From positions 17,556 to 81,555 of the IMG/VR virus record IMGVR_UViG_3300025131_000017: 64,000 nucleotides of DNA; one strand, written 5' to 3'. Both the position numbers and the translations under genes were made by a program. Position 1 is the stretch's first letter. Every line of letters begins with the position of its first letter. The notes under the pieces are model-generated. The model saw only the letters and a list, made by a program, of their open reading frames with translations, made no database searches and was not told the DNA's origin. Origin of the DNA: a virus. Below, piece by piece: positions 1 through 8,289 of this stretch.

Positions 1-11
1 AAGGAGAAAAA

Positions 12-539
12 ATGATTATTGATTATATAGATACAACAGAAAAAATTTCTATACTAGATTTGCTCTATGATAACTGGGAAAATTTGGTAAAAGAGTACGT
101 AGTTGGGAGAGATAGAATGTTCATACTTAAAAAAGATTATTACGATTATGAATGTTGCTTAAGGTGTCATTTGATAAAGCAAAACTTTTATTCTGGGTTG
201 TTTGGAATATACTCTTATGATAATTGTATTAAAAATTTGAGAGAAGATTTATTCAATATTTTAAATGAAAAACAAAATAAAGTGATTTTAGATATTCTTG
301 AATCTAATTTAAAAGATGACTTAGATACTTACTCGTATGAAGATTTACCAGATTGTTTTGGTGTAGAAGAGTTAATTGATGATGGTATATGTGAAATTGT
401 ACATGATAGTAAATCATCACCAATAAACAGGATTAATAATCTCAGAAAGAGAGTTGGATATATAAGAGAAGAAATTTTAAGTTATCCAGAATATTTTAAA
501 AAGAAAAACAAACAACTATCCAGTAAAGGAATAAAATAA
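12..539 (+). CDS. hypothetical protein
   Basis: 175-aa ORF with AAGGAG RBS at 1-6; no family motif recognised. Confidence 0.8.
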   Translation: MIIDYIDTTEKISILDLLYDNWENLVKEYVVGRDRMFILKKDYYDYECCLRCHLIKQNFYSGLFGIYSYDNCIKNLREDLFNILNEKQNKVILDILESNLKDDLDTYSYEDLPDCFGVEELIDDGICEIVHDSKSSPINRINNLRKRVGYIREEILSYPEYFKKKNKQLSSKGIK

Positions 540-832
540 TGATGCAGAGAAAGATGTGTAGTAACTACGAATGTAGAAACCAAAACGTTGTTGAGGGGTA
601 TCAACTAAAAACAATTTATGGAGAAAACAAACATTGGTGTAAAAATTGTTTAGTAGACTATACTAAATCAACCATAAAACCAAGCTGGGATAAAGCAATA
701 CCACTTTTGACAGATACGAAGATGGAAGAATATTTAGAGGCTCAAAAAGACGCACGATTTATTTCAGCAGCTGTTAAAGAAAAGGAAGGATATTTTTATT
801 TTCAGAGTAAAATAAATTATAATGAAAAATAA
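539..832 (+). CDS. hypothetical protein, possible Zn-binding (CxxxxC...CxxC)
   Basis: TAATG overlap with upstream gene; Cys pattern. Confidence 0.75.
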   Translation: MMQRKMCSNYECRNQNVVEGYQLKTIYGENKHWCKNCLVDYTKSTIKPSWDKAIPLLTDTKMEEYLEAQKDARFISAAVKEKEGYFYFQSKINYNEK

Positions 833-968
833 ATGGGAACGCAGAGATGCGAAAGAACAGAATAAGAAAAACTTTATTTCAGACAATAGAAGGTCTGTAC
901 AAATAAGTGCTCGTATGTGGTTAGAACCCAATAAACTAAAACAAGATAAAAAGAAAAAATATCGGTAG
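822..968 (+). CDS. small basic hypothetical protein (MKNKWERRDAK..., 48 aa)
   Basis: ORF read by hand, overlaps upstream stop; not in ORF track. Confidence 0.55.
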   Translation: MKNKWERRDAKEQNKKNFISDNRRSVQISARMWLEPNKLKQDKKKKYR

Positions 969-1086
969 GGGAGTATAAATAGTAGAATGTTATCCTTAGT
1001 AGATAAACTAAATTTAGTAGCTGTCTTTTTTATTGTTCTATTCTTAATTGCCCTAACTTATCCACCTAATTTTAGAAGGTAAAAGT

Positions 1087-1305
1087 ATGGTAAAGAAAAC
1101 AAAAATAATACGAATTAATACTACTTATTTGGTAGAAGTTAACGATAAAGATTTATCAAATATTAAAAAATATAGTTTAGAAAACTTTTTACTTAATGAT
1201 TTGCTTTCAAAACGTAAATTAGTAGTTGATGGAAAAAGTACGATGAGAGAATCATCTGAAGCTGTATGGAAAACTGAAGAAAAGAAACAGGAGGCAGAAG
1301 GATAA
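1087..1305 (+). CDS. hypothetical protein
   Basis: ORF in operon-like array, AAGGT RBS. Confidence 0.7.
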   Translation: MVKKTKIIRINTTYLVEVNDKDLSNIKKYSLENFLLNDLLSKRKLVVDGKSTMRESSEAVWKTEEKKQEAEG

Positions 1306-1511
1306 TGGCAATAGATAAAGAAGATAAAATATGGAAAATATTTTTGGAATATAACACCTTAATAGCTACTGAAAGTAAAGAGAGAGGTATGGATATGTAT
1401 GGTACTGAAATAATCAGTCAAATGGCACTATCTATGACTACAGCACATTTTCTTGACCAAGTAGCAACTAGATTGAAAGAAAACAATAAGATAAACTTAC
1501 GGAAAAACTAA
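1305..1511 (+). CDS. hypothetical protein
   Basis: translational coupling (TAATG), GGAGG upstream. Confidence 0.7.
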   Translation: MAIDKEDKIWKIFLEYNTLIATESKERGMDMYGTEIISQMALSMTTAHFLDQVATRLKENNKINLRKN

Positions 1512-1696
1512 TGCCAAATTATTCATATAAGTGTTTAAAATGTGACTTAGATGATGTTAAAAGATTTCTTTATAAAATGAATCCTGAAACAGGGCATATA
1601 GATTTAAGAGTATGTGAAGATTGTGGGGAACCTGTAGAAAGGGTATGGAAGAGACCTTCAGCAGATTGGTACAAGAGTATAAGAAGACCAAGTTAA
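1511..1696 (+). CDS. FmdB-family-like zinc-ribbon protein
   Basis: MPNYSYKCLKC...CEDCG..VERV pattern typical of FmdB zinc ribbons. Confidence 0.75.
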   Translation: MPNYSYKCLKCDLDDVKRFLYKMNPETGHIDLRVCEDCGEPVERVWKRPSADWYKSIRRPS

Positions 1697-1846
1697 TTCC
1701 TAAAATAAAGAAACCAAGAAAGAGAAGGAAATAATGGATATTTTAACAATTAATATAATCTGGCTACTAGCCCTATTATTTCATAAATTTTATAAGGATG
1801 GTATAATAAACAGACAACGACAAAAGATAAGAATGTTGGAGGAAGT

Positions 1847-2113
1847 ATGGACAAGAAAAAAACACGAACTACAATAGGAGTAGCTATCGGTGCAGCCATA
1901 GTTGGTGGACTCATAACGTATAAAAACCGAAAGAAGATAAAATCTTCGGCTGATAAATCTGTCCGAAATGTTAAGATTAAAGTAGATAACAAGAAGTTTG
2001 ATGCTTTAAGATGGAAAGACCAAAAGGTTTGGAATTTCTGGGAAAAAATAGAGGACATTGGTAATGACCGTAAACTTAAAAGTACTAGTATCCGTGACAT
2101 AGCTTGGGGGTAG
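1847..2113 (+). CDS. hypothetical protein with N-terminal TM helix
   Basis: GGAGG RBS; hydrophobic IGVAIGAAIVGGLI; TGnTATAAT at 1799-1807. Confidence 0.75.
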   Translation: MDKKKTRTTIGVAIGAAIVGGLITYKNRKKIKSSADKSVRNVKIKVDNKKFDALRWKDQKVWNFWEKIEDIGNDRKLKSTSIRDIAWG

Positions 2114-2154
2114 TGATATACTATATATATATAAAGTACTAGAAAGGCAATACA

Positions 2155-2574
2155 TTGGAAAAGAAAAAATATGAGTTAAATAAGAACTTTACACATGATG
2201 TTAAGGTTCAAGAGGTTAGAGAAAAGGCATTAGGAGAACTACTAACAAATAAGACCATTGAACTAAAGACTGAAATGGGTATGTGGAAAGACACAGGTAA
2301 CATTGCAGTAGAAGTAAAATTTGACGGTAAACTCTCTGGGATTGCTAAAACTAAGGCAGACCTTTGGTGGCATACCCTAGAACTAAATGGTAAACCCTTC
2401 GTCCATATCGTATTCGATACAGAAACTTTTAAAAAACATATTAAGAGCCTTAAGAGACAAGGTAAGGTTACAATAAAAGATGGTGGTGATGATAACCTCT
2501 CTAGCATTTGGCTTATTAAATTAACTGATTTACTAGACCCTAAAAATATTAAAGAAGAAGAATTAGGATTATAG
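2155..2574 (+). CDS. PD-(D/E)XK-like phage protein (putative nuclease)
   Basis: IELKTE...W..TGNIAVE...SGI..TKAD.W motif common in phage restriction-like proteins; TTG start. Confidence 0.6.
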   Translation: MEKKKYELNKNFTHDVKVQEVREKALGELLTNKTIELKTEMGMWKDTGNIAVEVKFDGKLSGIAKTKADLWWHTLELNGKPFVHIVFDTETFKKHIKSLKRQGKVTIKDGGDDNLSSIWLIKLTDLLDPKNIKEEELGL

Positions 2575-3068
2575 TGGGTTTTTTTAAAAAACAAAAACAA
2601 GCTAGAAGAGCCAATACCTTTGTTTCTAGAAAATGTAAGGTATGTGAAAAACCTACACGCTTTCCTAAATATACCAAAAGAGGTATTAAAGTAGGAGCAG
2701 AACGTACTCTTAGTAAAAACTTAGAAAAATATGAAATGAAGCCACAGGAACGACAAAGAATTAATGGACATTCTGTCTTAGTATGTTCTGTATCATGTGA
2801 TTTTAAATATATGCAAAAACAAGCTGTGAATACCTTTACTTTGAAAGAAGATGCTAATAAAGAAGCTAAGGAACTCTTACTTATAATACGAGAAGAAGCT
2901 AGGAGAAAAAAAGATACTAGCATTTTAGCTCTGTCGGATGCCCAAATATTACATAAGATAAGGAAAAAAAGAATCTGGGGTGAAAAAATAGAGCCTCCTT
3001 CTAGGAATACTTTTGGTAGACGAAAGTCTGACCTCTATGGATATCACGAATTTAGTGGTTATTACTAA
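2574..3068 (+). CDS. hypothetical basic protein with CxxC...CxxxC
   Basis: 164-aa ORF overlapping upstream stop. Confidence 0.65.
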   Translation: MGFFKKQKQARRANTFVSRKCKVCEKPTRFPKYTKRGIKVGAERTLSKNLEKYEMKPQERQRINGHSVLVCSVSCDFKYMQKQAVNTFTLKEDANKEAKELLLIIREEARRKKDTSILALSDAQILHKIRKKRIWGEKIEPPSRNTFGRRKSDLYGYHEFSGYY

Positions 3069-3084
3069 ACTATCACTGCAAATA
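3066..3084 (+). repeat. 19-bp direct repeat, copy 1 (TAAACTATCACTGCAAATA)
   Basis: matches 3528-3546 with one mismatch. Confidence 0.85.
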
Positions 3085-3086
3085 AG

Positions 3087-3530
3087 ATGATGCCAATACA
3101 TAAACCATTTGATGTAGACAACTATGATGCTAATGATGCTTCTGGAAAAGAAGCCGTTATGCGTTTTCTACAAACACAAGGGTTGTCTGCTGAAGAAAAC
3201 CCTGATAAATATGGAATAGACTTAATAGCAAATGGTACAACCTATAATGGACAAGTATTTGATAATGTACCTGTTGAAGTAGAGAGAAGAATTATATGGA
3301 ATAAAAATTTTCCTTTTTCTACAGTACATGTACCTGAAAGAAAAACTAAGTTTCTTAAACATTATATGTTATATGCAGTAGTTAACTTAAATTATGACAA
3401 AGTTATGTTCTGTACTTCAAATATCATTAAACAATATGAACCTATAGAAGTGCCAAATAAATCTATAGCAAATGATGAATACTTTTATAATGTTCCATTA
3501 AATCTTTGGAAAACTTATGATATTAATTAA
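3087..3530 (+). CDS. PD-(D/E)XK-like putative endonuclease
   Basis: ENPDKYGIDL...VEVERR...VHVPERKTKF, restriction-endonuclease-like fold motif. Confidence 0.6.
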   Translation: MMPIHKPFDVDNYDANDASGKEAVMRFLQTQGLSAEENPDKYGIDLIANGTTYNGQVFDNVPVEVERRIIWNKNFPFSTVHVPERKTKFLKHYMLYAVVNLNYDKVMFCTSNIIKQYEPIEVPNKSIANDEYFYNVPLNLWKTYDIN

Positions 3531-3546
3531 ACTATCACTACAAATA
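3528..3546 (+). repeat. 19-bp direct repeat, copy 2 (TAAACTATCACTACAAATA)
   Basis: matches 3066-3084 with one mismatch. Confidence 0.85.
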
Positions 3547-3626
3547 GACCCATAAGTATATATAGGAATATAATGACGAATATAAACATTTTAATTTCAG
3601 AACTCATATATAAATTATACCAGTTG

Positions 3627-4808
3627 TTATAATACTAACATTCGTTCTAAGGCGATTTTTGAGTAAAGTTGTACTGAATCATCGACTTTTATTTGATTTA
3701 TAACAATTCCAGCTATTAATCCCTCTAAAACCCATAGTAAATATGCTGGGTGAACCCTATACATAGTAGCACAAGGACAAATCATCTCATCCAAACAAAA
3801 AATATTTTTCTCCGGGTAAGTATGTGCTAACCTCTTAACCAAATTTATTTCAGTACCTATAGCCCAACTAGAACCATTAGGAGCATTATGAACCATGTCT
3901 TTTATATATTCTGTACTTCCAACATAATCAGATATACTAACAACTTCATTTGTACATTCTGGGTGAACAAGGATATTAACTTCTGAATTTTTTGTTCTAG
4001 CCTCGTTAATTTGATTAACAGAAAATCTAGTATGAACGGAACAATGTCCTTTCCAAAGAATCATTTTAGCTTTATCTAAATCATAGTCAGAGATACCACC
4101 ACCTACCTTATAAGGGTCCCAAATAACCATCTCATCTTCTGGTATACCATACTTAAGAGCAGTATTCCTCCCTAAGTGCTGGTCTGGTATAAACAGAACC
4201 TTCTCTCCTTGGTCGAACGCCCAAGATAGAGCATGACCAGCATTACTTGAAGTACATACTAAACCATTATTTTGACCACAAAGAGATTTTATTTCTGCCG
4301 TAGAATTCATATAAGTAAGGGGAGTAATAGGTACCTTTAACTTTTTAGTTAGATAATCCCAACAGTCTTCAACTTGCTCTGTACTAGCCATATCTGCCAT
4401 AGAACAACCCGCTGCCATATTAGGTAATATTACTCGTTGATTAGAACTACTTAGTATCTCCGCAGTCTCTGCCATGAAGTGTACTCCACAAAATATTATT
4501 ATTTCGGCATCTTGCTCACTTGCTAACTTAGCTAACTTATAACTATCTCCCTGTAAATCAGAATGCTTTATAACATCCTCCCTTTGGTAATGATGCCCTA
4601 AGACTACAACCTTATCCCCTAAGACAGCCCTAGCCTTCTTTATAGCCCCATTTAATTCATCCATAGGTATCCTTAAGTACCTAGATGGTATCTTCTGCCA
4701 TCTTACACCAGATTGAAACTCTTCTCCTAGTGTCTTAGTCCGAAAATTATCCTCTGTAGTACAGAATGAACTTTGTTCTAATTCAGTTATCGGTATATTT
4801 AATGTCAT
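3627..4808 (-). CDS. nadA: quinolinate synthase NadA ([4Fe-4S])
   Basis: LGHHYQ, GDSYKL, FCGVHFMAE, AGCSMADM, TYMNS, VCTSSN, PDQHLG, GHCSVH, HPEC, GST, GTE, CPCATM motifs; ATG at 4808 preferred to TTG at 4838. Confidence 0.97.
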   Translation of the reverse strand: MTLNIPITELEQSSFCTTEDNFRTKTLGEEFQSGVRWQKIPSRYLRIPMDELNGAIKKARAVLGDKVVVLGHHYQREDVIKHSDLQGDSYKLAKLASEQDAEIIIFCGVHFMAETAEILSSSNQRVILPNMAAGCSMADMASTEQVEDCWDYLTKKLKVPITPLTYMNSTAEIKSLCGQNNGLVCTSSNAGHALSWAFDQGEKVLFIPDQHLGRNTALKYGIPEDEMVIWDPYKVGGGISDYDLDKAKMILWKGHCSVHTRFSVNQINEARTKNSEVNILVHPECTNEVVSISDYVGSTEYIKDMVHNAPNGSSWAIGTEINLVKRLAHTYPEKNIFCLDEMICPCATMYRVHPAYLLWVLEGLIAGIVINQIKVDDSVQLYSKIALERMLVL

Positions 4809-4963
4809 CTTACTATAAATTATACACCAATAACCCAACTATTTCAAATTTTTTATTTTTTTTTAATGTATACACTTTTAAGGTTTTTATGACGTTTTTA
4901 AATATTAGCCAAAAGATGTCACAAATAAGGCTTTTTGTTAACACTTTATGATATACTAGTAAG

Positions 4964-5002
4964 GTAATTACATTTGTAATTACTTAAACAACATTTGTTT
5001 AA
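4964..5002. repeat. two abutting perfect inverted repeats (GTAATTACA-TT-TGTAATTAC; TTAAACAA-CAT-TTGTTTAA)
   Basis: read directly from the sequence. Confidence 0.8.
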
Positions 5003-5177
5003 TTATAGCTGTCCTAGTGTTTGAAGTTTCTATGCCTCATTCATTAGGGCAGTTGGTCTCTATACCTACCCACTTTACCCCAATTATATCTCTTTATATT
5101 TAGATATTTCAAATATTACTTTCTGTAGATAAGTAAGTACTCATGGCTAACTCCCCTGCAGGATTTTTTGCACAACC

Positions 5178-5324
5178 GGGGGGTGGAAGGCAGGGGGGGG
5201 ATAGGCAGTAATTCCACTTCGTCTTTGCAGATTCGTTGGGTTTTTTGGGTTGGGTTGGTTGGGTGGGAAAAGGGCGACAGTTGGTAGGGGGGTTGGTTTT
5301 GGTGGAGGATTTTGGGTAGGGGGG
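5178..5324 (+). other. G-rich tract with G-quadruplex-forming motif
   Basis: 11 runs of 3 or more G on the + strand, including GGG-T6-GGG-TT-GGG-N6-GGG-T-GGG-A4-GGG at 5238-5274. Confidence 0.75.
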
Positions 5325-5382
5325 CTGACGAAATTCGGAATACAGATTTTTAATATTGGTTGAAATTGGTGAGACCTTGGGG

Positions 5383-5412
5383 TTGACAAAAGTTGACAAC
5401 GTGTGATATACT
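5383..5412 (+). promoter_or_regulatory. sigma70-type early promoter
   Basis: TTGACA-N18-TATACT with TG extended -10; second TTGACA 10 bp downstream. Confidence 0.85.
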
Positions 5413-5445
5413 AATAATGTAAGGTAAATAAATAAGGAGAATAAA

Positions 5446-5664
5446 ATGAATTTACGAGAAACAATAAAACACAAGATAGGATTATTCATAGAGAATCATA
5501 AGGTAACAAGATGTTATGATTGTGGTAAATGGAGTTTCAGAAAAAATCTTCAAGATACTATGGAAGGAAATCCAATGTGGATTCAAGGCGATTTATTATG
5601 TAACCATGATGATTTAAATTCTTGTTATGCACATCTTGTGGCAAGTCATGAAGGAGAGGTTTAA
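5446..5664 (+). CDS. small early protein, Cys/His-containing
   Basis: AAGGAG RBS; CYDCG. Confidence 0.8.
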   Translation: MNLRETIKHKIGLFIENHKVTRCYDCGKWSFRKNLQDTMEGNPMWIQGDLLCNHDDLNSCYAHLVASHEGEV

Positions 5665-5665
5665 A

Positions 5666-5896
5666 ATGTATTATGCAAAAACACAAGGTCTTAAGTATGA
5701 CTATATGGTTATAAGTAAGACAAAAAATGGGGCATGGAAACAACTAGAAAAGTGGTGGAACAAGACTTGGAGGGAAAAATATGGTGGGTGTTGTTCAATT
5801 GACCACGAAAACAATTTTAAGGATGCTATTGAATGGCATGGATTCTATCTTTGTGAAGATAAAATAGAATTAGATAAAGAATTTTTTATACAATAG
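5666..5896 (+). CDS. small early hypothetical protein (MYYAKTQG...)
   Basis: GGAGAGG RBS before ATG 5666; ORF-track start 5627 probably too long. Confidence 0.75.
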   Translation: MYYAKTQGLKYDYMVISKTKNGAWKQLEKWWNKTWREKYGGCCSIDHENNFKDAIEWHGFYLCEDKIELDKEFFIQ

Positions 5897-5917
5897 AAAA
5901 GTAATAAAATTCACAAG

Positions 5918-5947
5918 ATGCCCCCAAGAAATTGGGGGTATTTTTTT
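5918..5947 (+). terminator. intrinsic terminator
   Basis: ATGCCCCCAA-GAAA-TTGGGGGTAT followed by T run. Confidence 0.85.
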
Positions 5948-5986
5948 GCCCAAAATTTAACTGAGTCGGAGCTGGCAGGAGGCAGC

Positions 5987-5998
5987 ACGATATATCGT
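5987..5998. repeat. palindromic element copy 1 (ACGATATATCGT)
   Basis: perfect 12-bp palindrome followed by AGGGAGACCATG. Confidence 0.9.
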
Positions 5999-6073
5999 AG
6001 GGAGACCATGTGGGAAAATTCTGGAAGAGAGAATGGTAGGGAGTCAGAATTTTAAGAGTCGGTAAAAAGGGGG

Positions 6074-6103
6074 TTGACAAAAGTTGTCAAGTTGTGATAG
6101 AAT
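6074..6103 (+). promoter_or_regulatory. sigma70-type early promoter
   Basis: TTGACA-N18-TAGAAT, TG extension; overlaps TTGACAA-AAG-TTGTCAA. Confidence 0.85.
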
Positions 6104-6134
6104 AATATTATAATAGTTAAATAAGGAGAACTAA

Positions 6135-6527
6135 ATGGGATATACAAATTATTGGTATCAAAAAGAAAGTTTCACAAAGGGAGAATGGGATGTTCTAAAA
6201 GAGGTGGCGAACAAACTTATAGAACCTTTTAGAAATGATTTAGATATAGTAGAAGATGACGAGAACGTTATTAATTTAAATGGTGTGGGGGAAAACTCTC
6301 ACGAAACTTTTATTCTTACTAAAGAAAAAAGAGAGTTAGATGATTGGGAAAAAAAGTCTGACTGGATTGTGAACGATTACAAAGAAAAGGGTGCATTTAG
6401 ATTTTGCAAGACTAATAGAAAACCTTACGACATAATTGTTTGGAATATTTTATTAAAGGCATATGAGATTGCCCCAATCAAACTTAGTATTTCTAATGAT
6501 GATGGGGAAAAACATGGTTCACAATAA
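6135..6527 (+). CDS. conserved phage hypothetical protein (MGYTNYW...FCKTNRKPYD)
   Basis: AAGGAG RBS; motif recurrent in phage early genes. Confidence 0.85.
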   Translation: MGYTNYWYQKESFTKGEWDVLKEVANKLIEPFRNDLDIVEDDENVINLNGVGENSHETFILTKEKRELDDWEKKSDWIVNDYKEKGAFRFCKTNRKPYDIIVWNILLKAYEIAPIKLSISNDDGEKHGSQ

Positions 6528-6548
6528 TAAAAAAGAAATATAAAAGAC

Positions 6549-6578
6549 TTGACAAAACTTGTCAACTTATGGTATACT
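6549..6578 (+). promoter_or_regulatory. sigma70-type early promoter
   Basis: TTGACA-N18-TATACT; TTGACAA-AAC-TTGTCAA. Confidence 0.85.
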
Positions 6579-6623
6579 AATAAGTACAAGATAAAGAAAG
6601 AGAGAACAGGAAGGAGAAATTGT

Positions 6624-6797
6624 ATGGTGATGAAAGAAAAGGAACTTTGTACACACAAGTGGGAAAGTCTTTGTTGTAAAGAAGAAGAACAAGATAACCT
6701 ACAATTCATCTGCCCAAAATGTTTTGGGTGGAGCGACATGAAGTGTTTCAAATGTTATAACTATAAAAGGAGAGAAGTAAATGAAAACGGAAAATAA
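6624..6797 (+). CDS. small Cys-rich early protein
   Basis: AAGGAG RBS before ATG 6624; CC, CPKC, CFKC. Confidence 0.65.
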   Translation: MVMKEKELCTHKWESLCCKEEEQDNLQFICPKCFGWSDMKCFKCYNYKRREVNENGK

Positions 6798-6948
6798 TAA
6801 TGACTTACTAACAAAAGGGATTGAAGTGGCACTGGTTGATACAATTAAAAAAAGTGCAACACCTTTGAAGATGCACATTTCAAATAATCGTGCTAGTATA
6901 ATTGCAAAAGTAATTATGAATGAATGGGAAATAGAACCTAAAAACTAG
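6781..6948 (+). CDS. small early hypothetical protein (MKTENNND...)
   Basis: AGGAG RBS; read by hand. Confidence 0.65.
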   Translation: MKTENNNDLLTKGIEVALVDTIKKSATPLKMHISNNRASIIAKVIMNEWEIEPKN

Positions 6949-6958
6949 GAGTAATAAA

Positions 6959-7177
6959 ATGGAGAATGTGGATAGAAAAATCTTTGATGAACTATTCTAC
7001 TTTAAACAAGAAGTGGAAAAGGAACTCAAAGAATTGAGGGGAATTATGGGAGAACTTATACAAGTAATTAACTCGTTAAAGGAAAACTCTAATAAAGAAA
7101 TCCTAATGATGAAAGACTTACTAGAAAAGTTTACTGATGAGAACAACTTTTTGAAACATGAACTAACAAAGAAATAG
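6959..7177 (+). CDS. small coiled-coil early protein
   Basis: AGGAG RBS; heptad pattern. Confidence 0.8.
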   Translation: MENVDRKIFDELFYFKQEVEKELKELRGIMGELIQVINSLKENSNKEILMMKDLLEKFTDENNFLKHELTKK

Positions 7178-7200
7178 AAAATAGGTTCACTCAAAAACAA

Positions 7201-7232
7201 AGATGCCCAATCGAAAGGTTGGGTATTTTTTT
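7201..7232 (+). terminator. intrinsic terminator
   Basis: AGATGCCCAATC-GAAA-GGTTGGGTATTT followed by T run. Confidence 0.85.
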
Positions 7233-7284
7233 GTCTTCTTCACCAGCATGGGACCGGCAGCATCACCGGAAAAAACAGCTCCAC

Positions 7285-7296
7285 ACGATATATCGT
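7285..7296. repeat. palindromic element copy 2 (ACGATATATCGT)
   Basis: followed by AGAGCAGACCATGCGGGAAAA, similar to the copy 1 flank. Confidence 0.9.
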
Positions 7297-7413
7297 AGAG
7301 CAGACCATGCGGGAAAAATACTGGAGGAAGGCTGGATAAATTCTGGAGAAATTCTAAGTAGACCTTTTTTACGAGGTGTGATAAAATATAAGTATAAGGA
7401 GAAAAGGAAACCA

Positions 7414-7500
7414 ATGATTATTAAACTACTCAAAAAGTTTAAACTACCAATATATGTTTTGGGCATAATTGGATTAACTATTATTAATGTTATTTATTAG
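7414..7500 (+). CDS. 28-aa basic/hydrophobic membrane peptide
   Basis: AAGGAG/AAGGA RBS; MIIKLLKKFKLPIYVLGIIGLTIINVIY. Confidence 0.6.
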   Translation: MIIKLLKKFKLPIYVLGIIGLTIINVIY

Positions 7501-7509
7501 GAGGCAACA

Positions 7510-7626
7510 ATGACAATGCAAAATGATTTAGATTATGACGAACTCTATGAAAACCTAAAAGAAGAATTAGGAAGAGAACCCAATGAAGATGAGATTAATG
7601 AAAGATTTGAAAACTCGTCTAATTAG
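7510..7626 (+). CDS. 38-aa acidic protein with sigma70 region 3-like motif
   Basis: GGAGG RBS; LKEELGREPNEDEI. Confidence 0.7.
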   Translation: MTMQNDLDYDELYENLKEELGREPNEDEINERFENSSN

Positions 7627-7629
7627 GTC

Positions 7630-7659
7630 TTGACAATATTTGACAACTTATGATATACT
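7630..7659 (+). promoter_or_regulatory. sigma70-type early promoter
   Basis: TTGACA-N18-TATACT; tandem TTGACAA-TAT-TTGACAA. Confidence 0.85.
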
Positions 7660-7689
7660 TATTAATATAAAGAAAAAAGAAAGATAATC

Positions 7690-7926
7690 ATGACAAAAAG
7701 AAAAGCCCTTAAAGATATAAAATTTCACATTGATATTAATAATGGGTATTTAAATGGTTTATTAAATAGAAATGCCCAGAGATATTATACTAAAGAAATG
7801 CAAGATAAATTTTTTAAAGATATTAATAAAATTATTGAACAAGCAAAACTGACTTATAATGATTTAATAAGTTATGGAATTATTGGCAAAGATAATTCAT
7901 TTAATATTAAAACTTTGCATAAGTAA
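7690..7926 (+). CDS. small early hypothetical protein
   Basis: 78-aa ORF directly after promoter. Confidence 0.7.
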   Translation: MTKRKALKDIKFHIDINNGYLNGLLNRNAQRYYTKEMQDKFFKDINKIIEQAKLTYNDLISYGIIGKDNSFNIKTLHK

Positions 7927-7937
7927 TAAAAAAACAC

Positions 7938-7967
7938 TTGACAATATTTGACAAGGTATGTTATAAT
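7938..7967 (+). promoter_or_regulatory. sigma70-type early promoter
   Basis: TTGACA-N18-TATAAT; tandem TTGACAA-TAT-TTGACAA. Confidence 0.85.
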
Positions 7968-8007
7968 ATAGATATAGGAAATAAAAAAAGTCATAAGGAG
8001 AATAAAA

Positions 8008-8289
8008 ATGGCAATCAAGATTTCAAGAAAAGATGGAGTGGAACTACTAAAGAACTCTAATGGATTAATGGTAGGAACAGACTTCATAAAGAAAAACGGA
8101 GACGATAGAAAATTGAATGGTAGATTAGGTGTTAAGAAACACCTTAAAGGTGGAGAGTTAAAATACAATCCATCTGACTATGGATTAATGACTATCTTCG
8201 ATGTTCAGAAAAAAGAATACCGAATGGTAAACTTAGAAACATTATATGCAATGAGAATTCAAGGAGTAGAATATGAAATCGTTGACTAG
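8008..8289 (+). CDS. conserved phage protein, probable SH3/WYL-like barrel
   Basis: F.KKNG..R.LNGRLGV.KHLKGG...IFDV.KKEYRMVN motif; AAGGAG RBS. Confidence 0.8.
   Translation: MAIKISRKDGVELLKNSNGLMVGTDFIKKNGDDRKLNGRLGVKKHLKGGELKYNPSDYGLMTIFDVQKKEYRMVNLETLYAMRIQGVEYEIVD

Noticed and set aside
4809-4838. TTG start of nadA at 4838
   Set aside because: The extension overlaps the TATAAT box and has no RBS; ATG 4808 fits better.
5109-5489. Pro-rich minus-strand ORFs 5109-5489 and 5147-5389
   Set aside because: By-products of the G tract (C-rich strand); no RBS, and they overlap a strong opposite-strand promoter.
7219-7413. N-terminal part of ORF 7219-7500
   Set aside because: It runs through a terminator and repeat element; the RBS supports a start at 7414.
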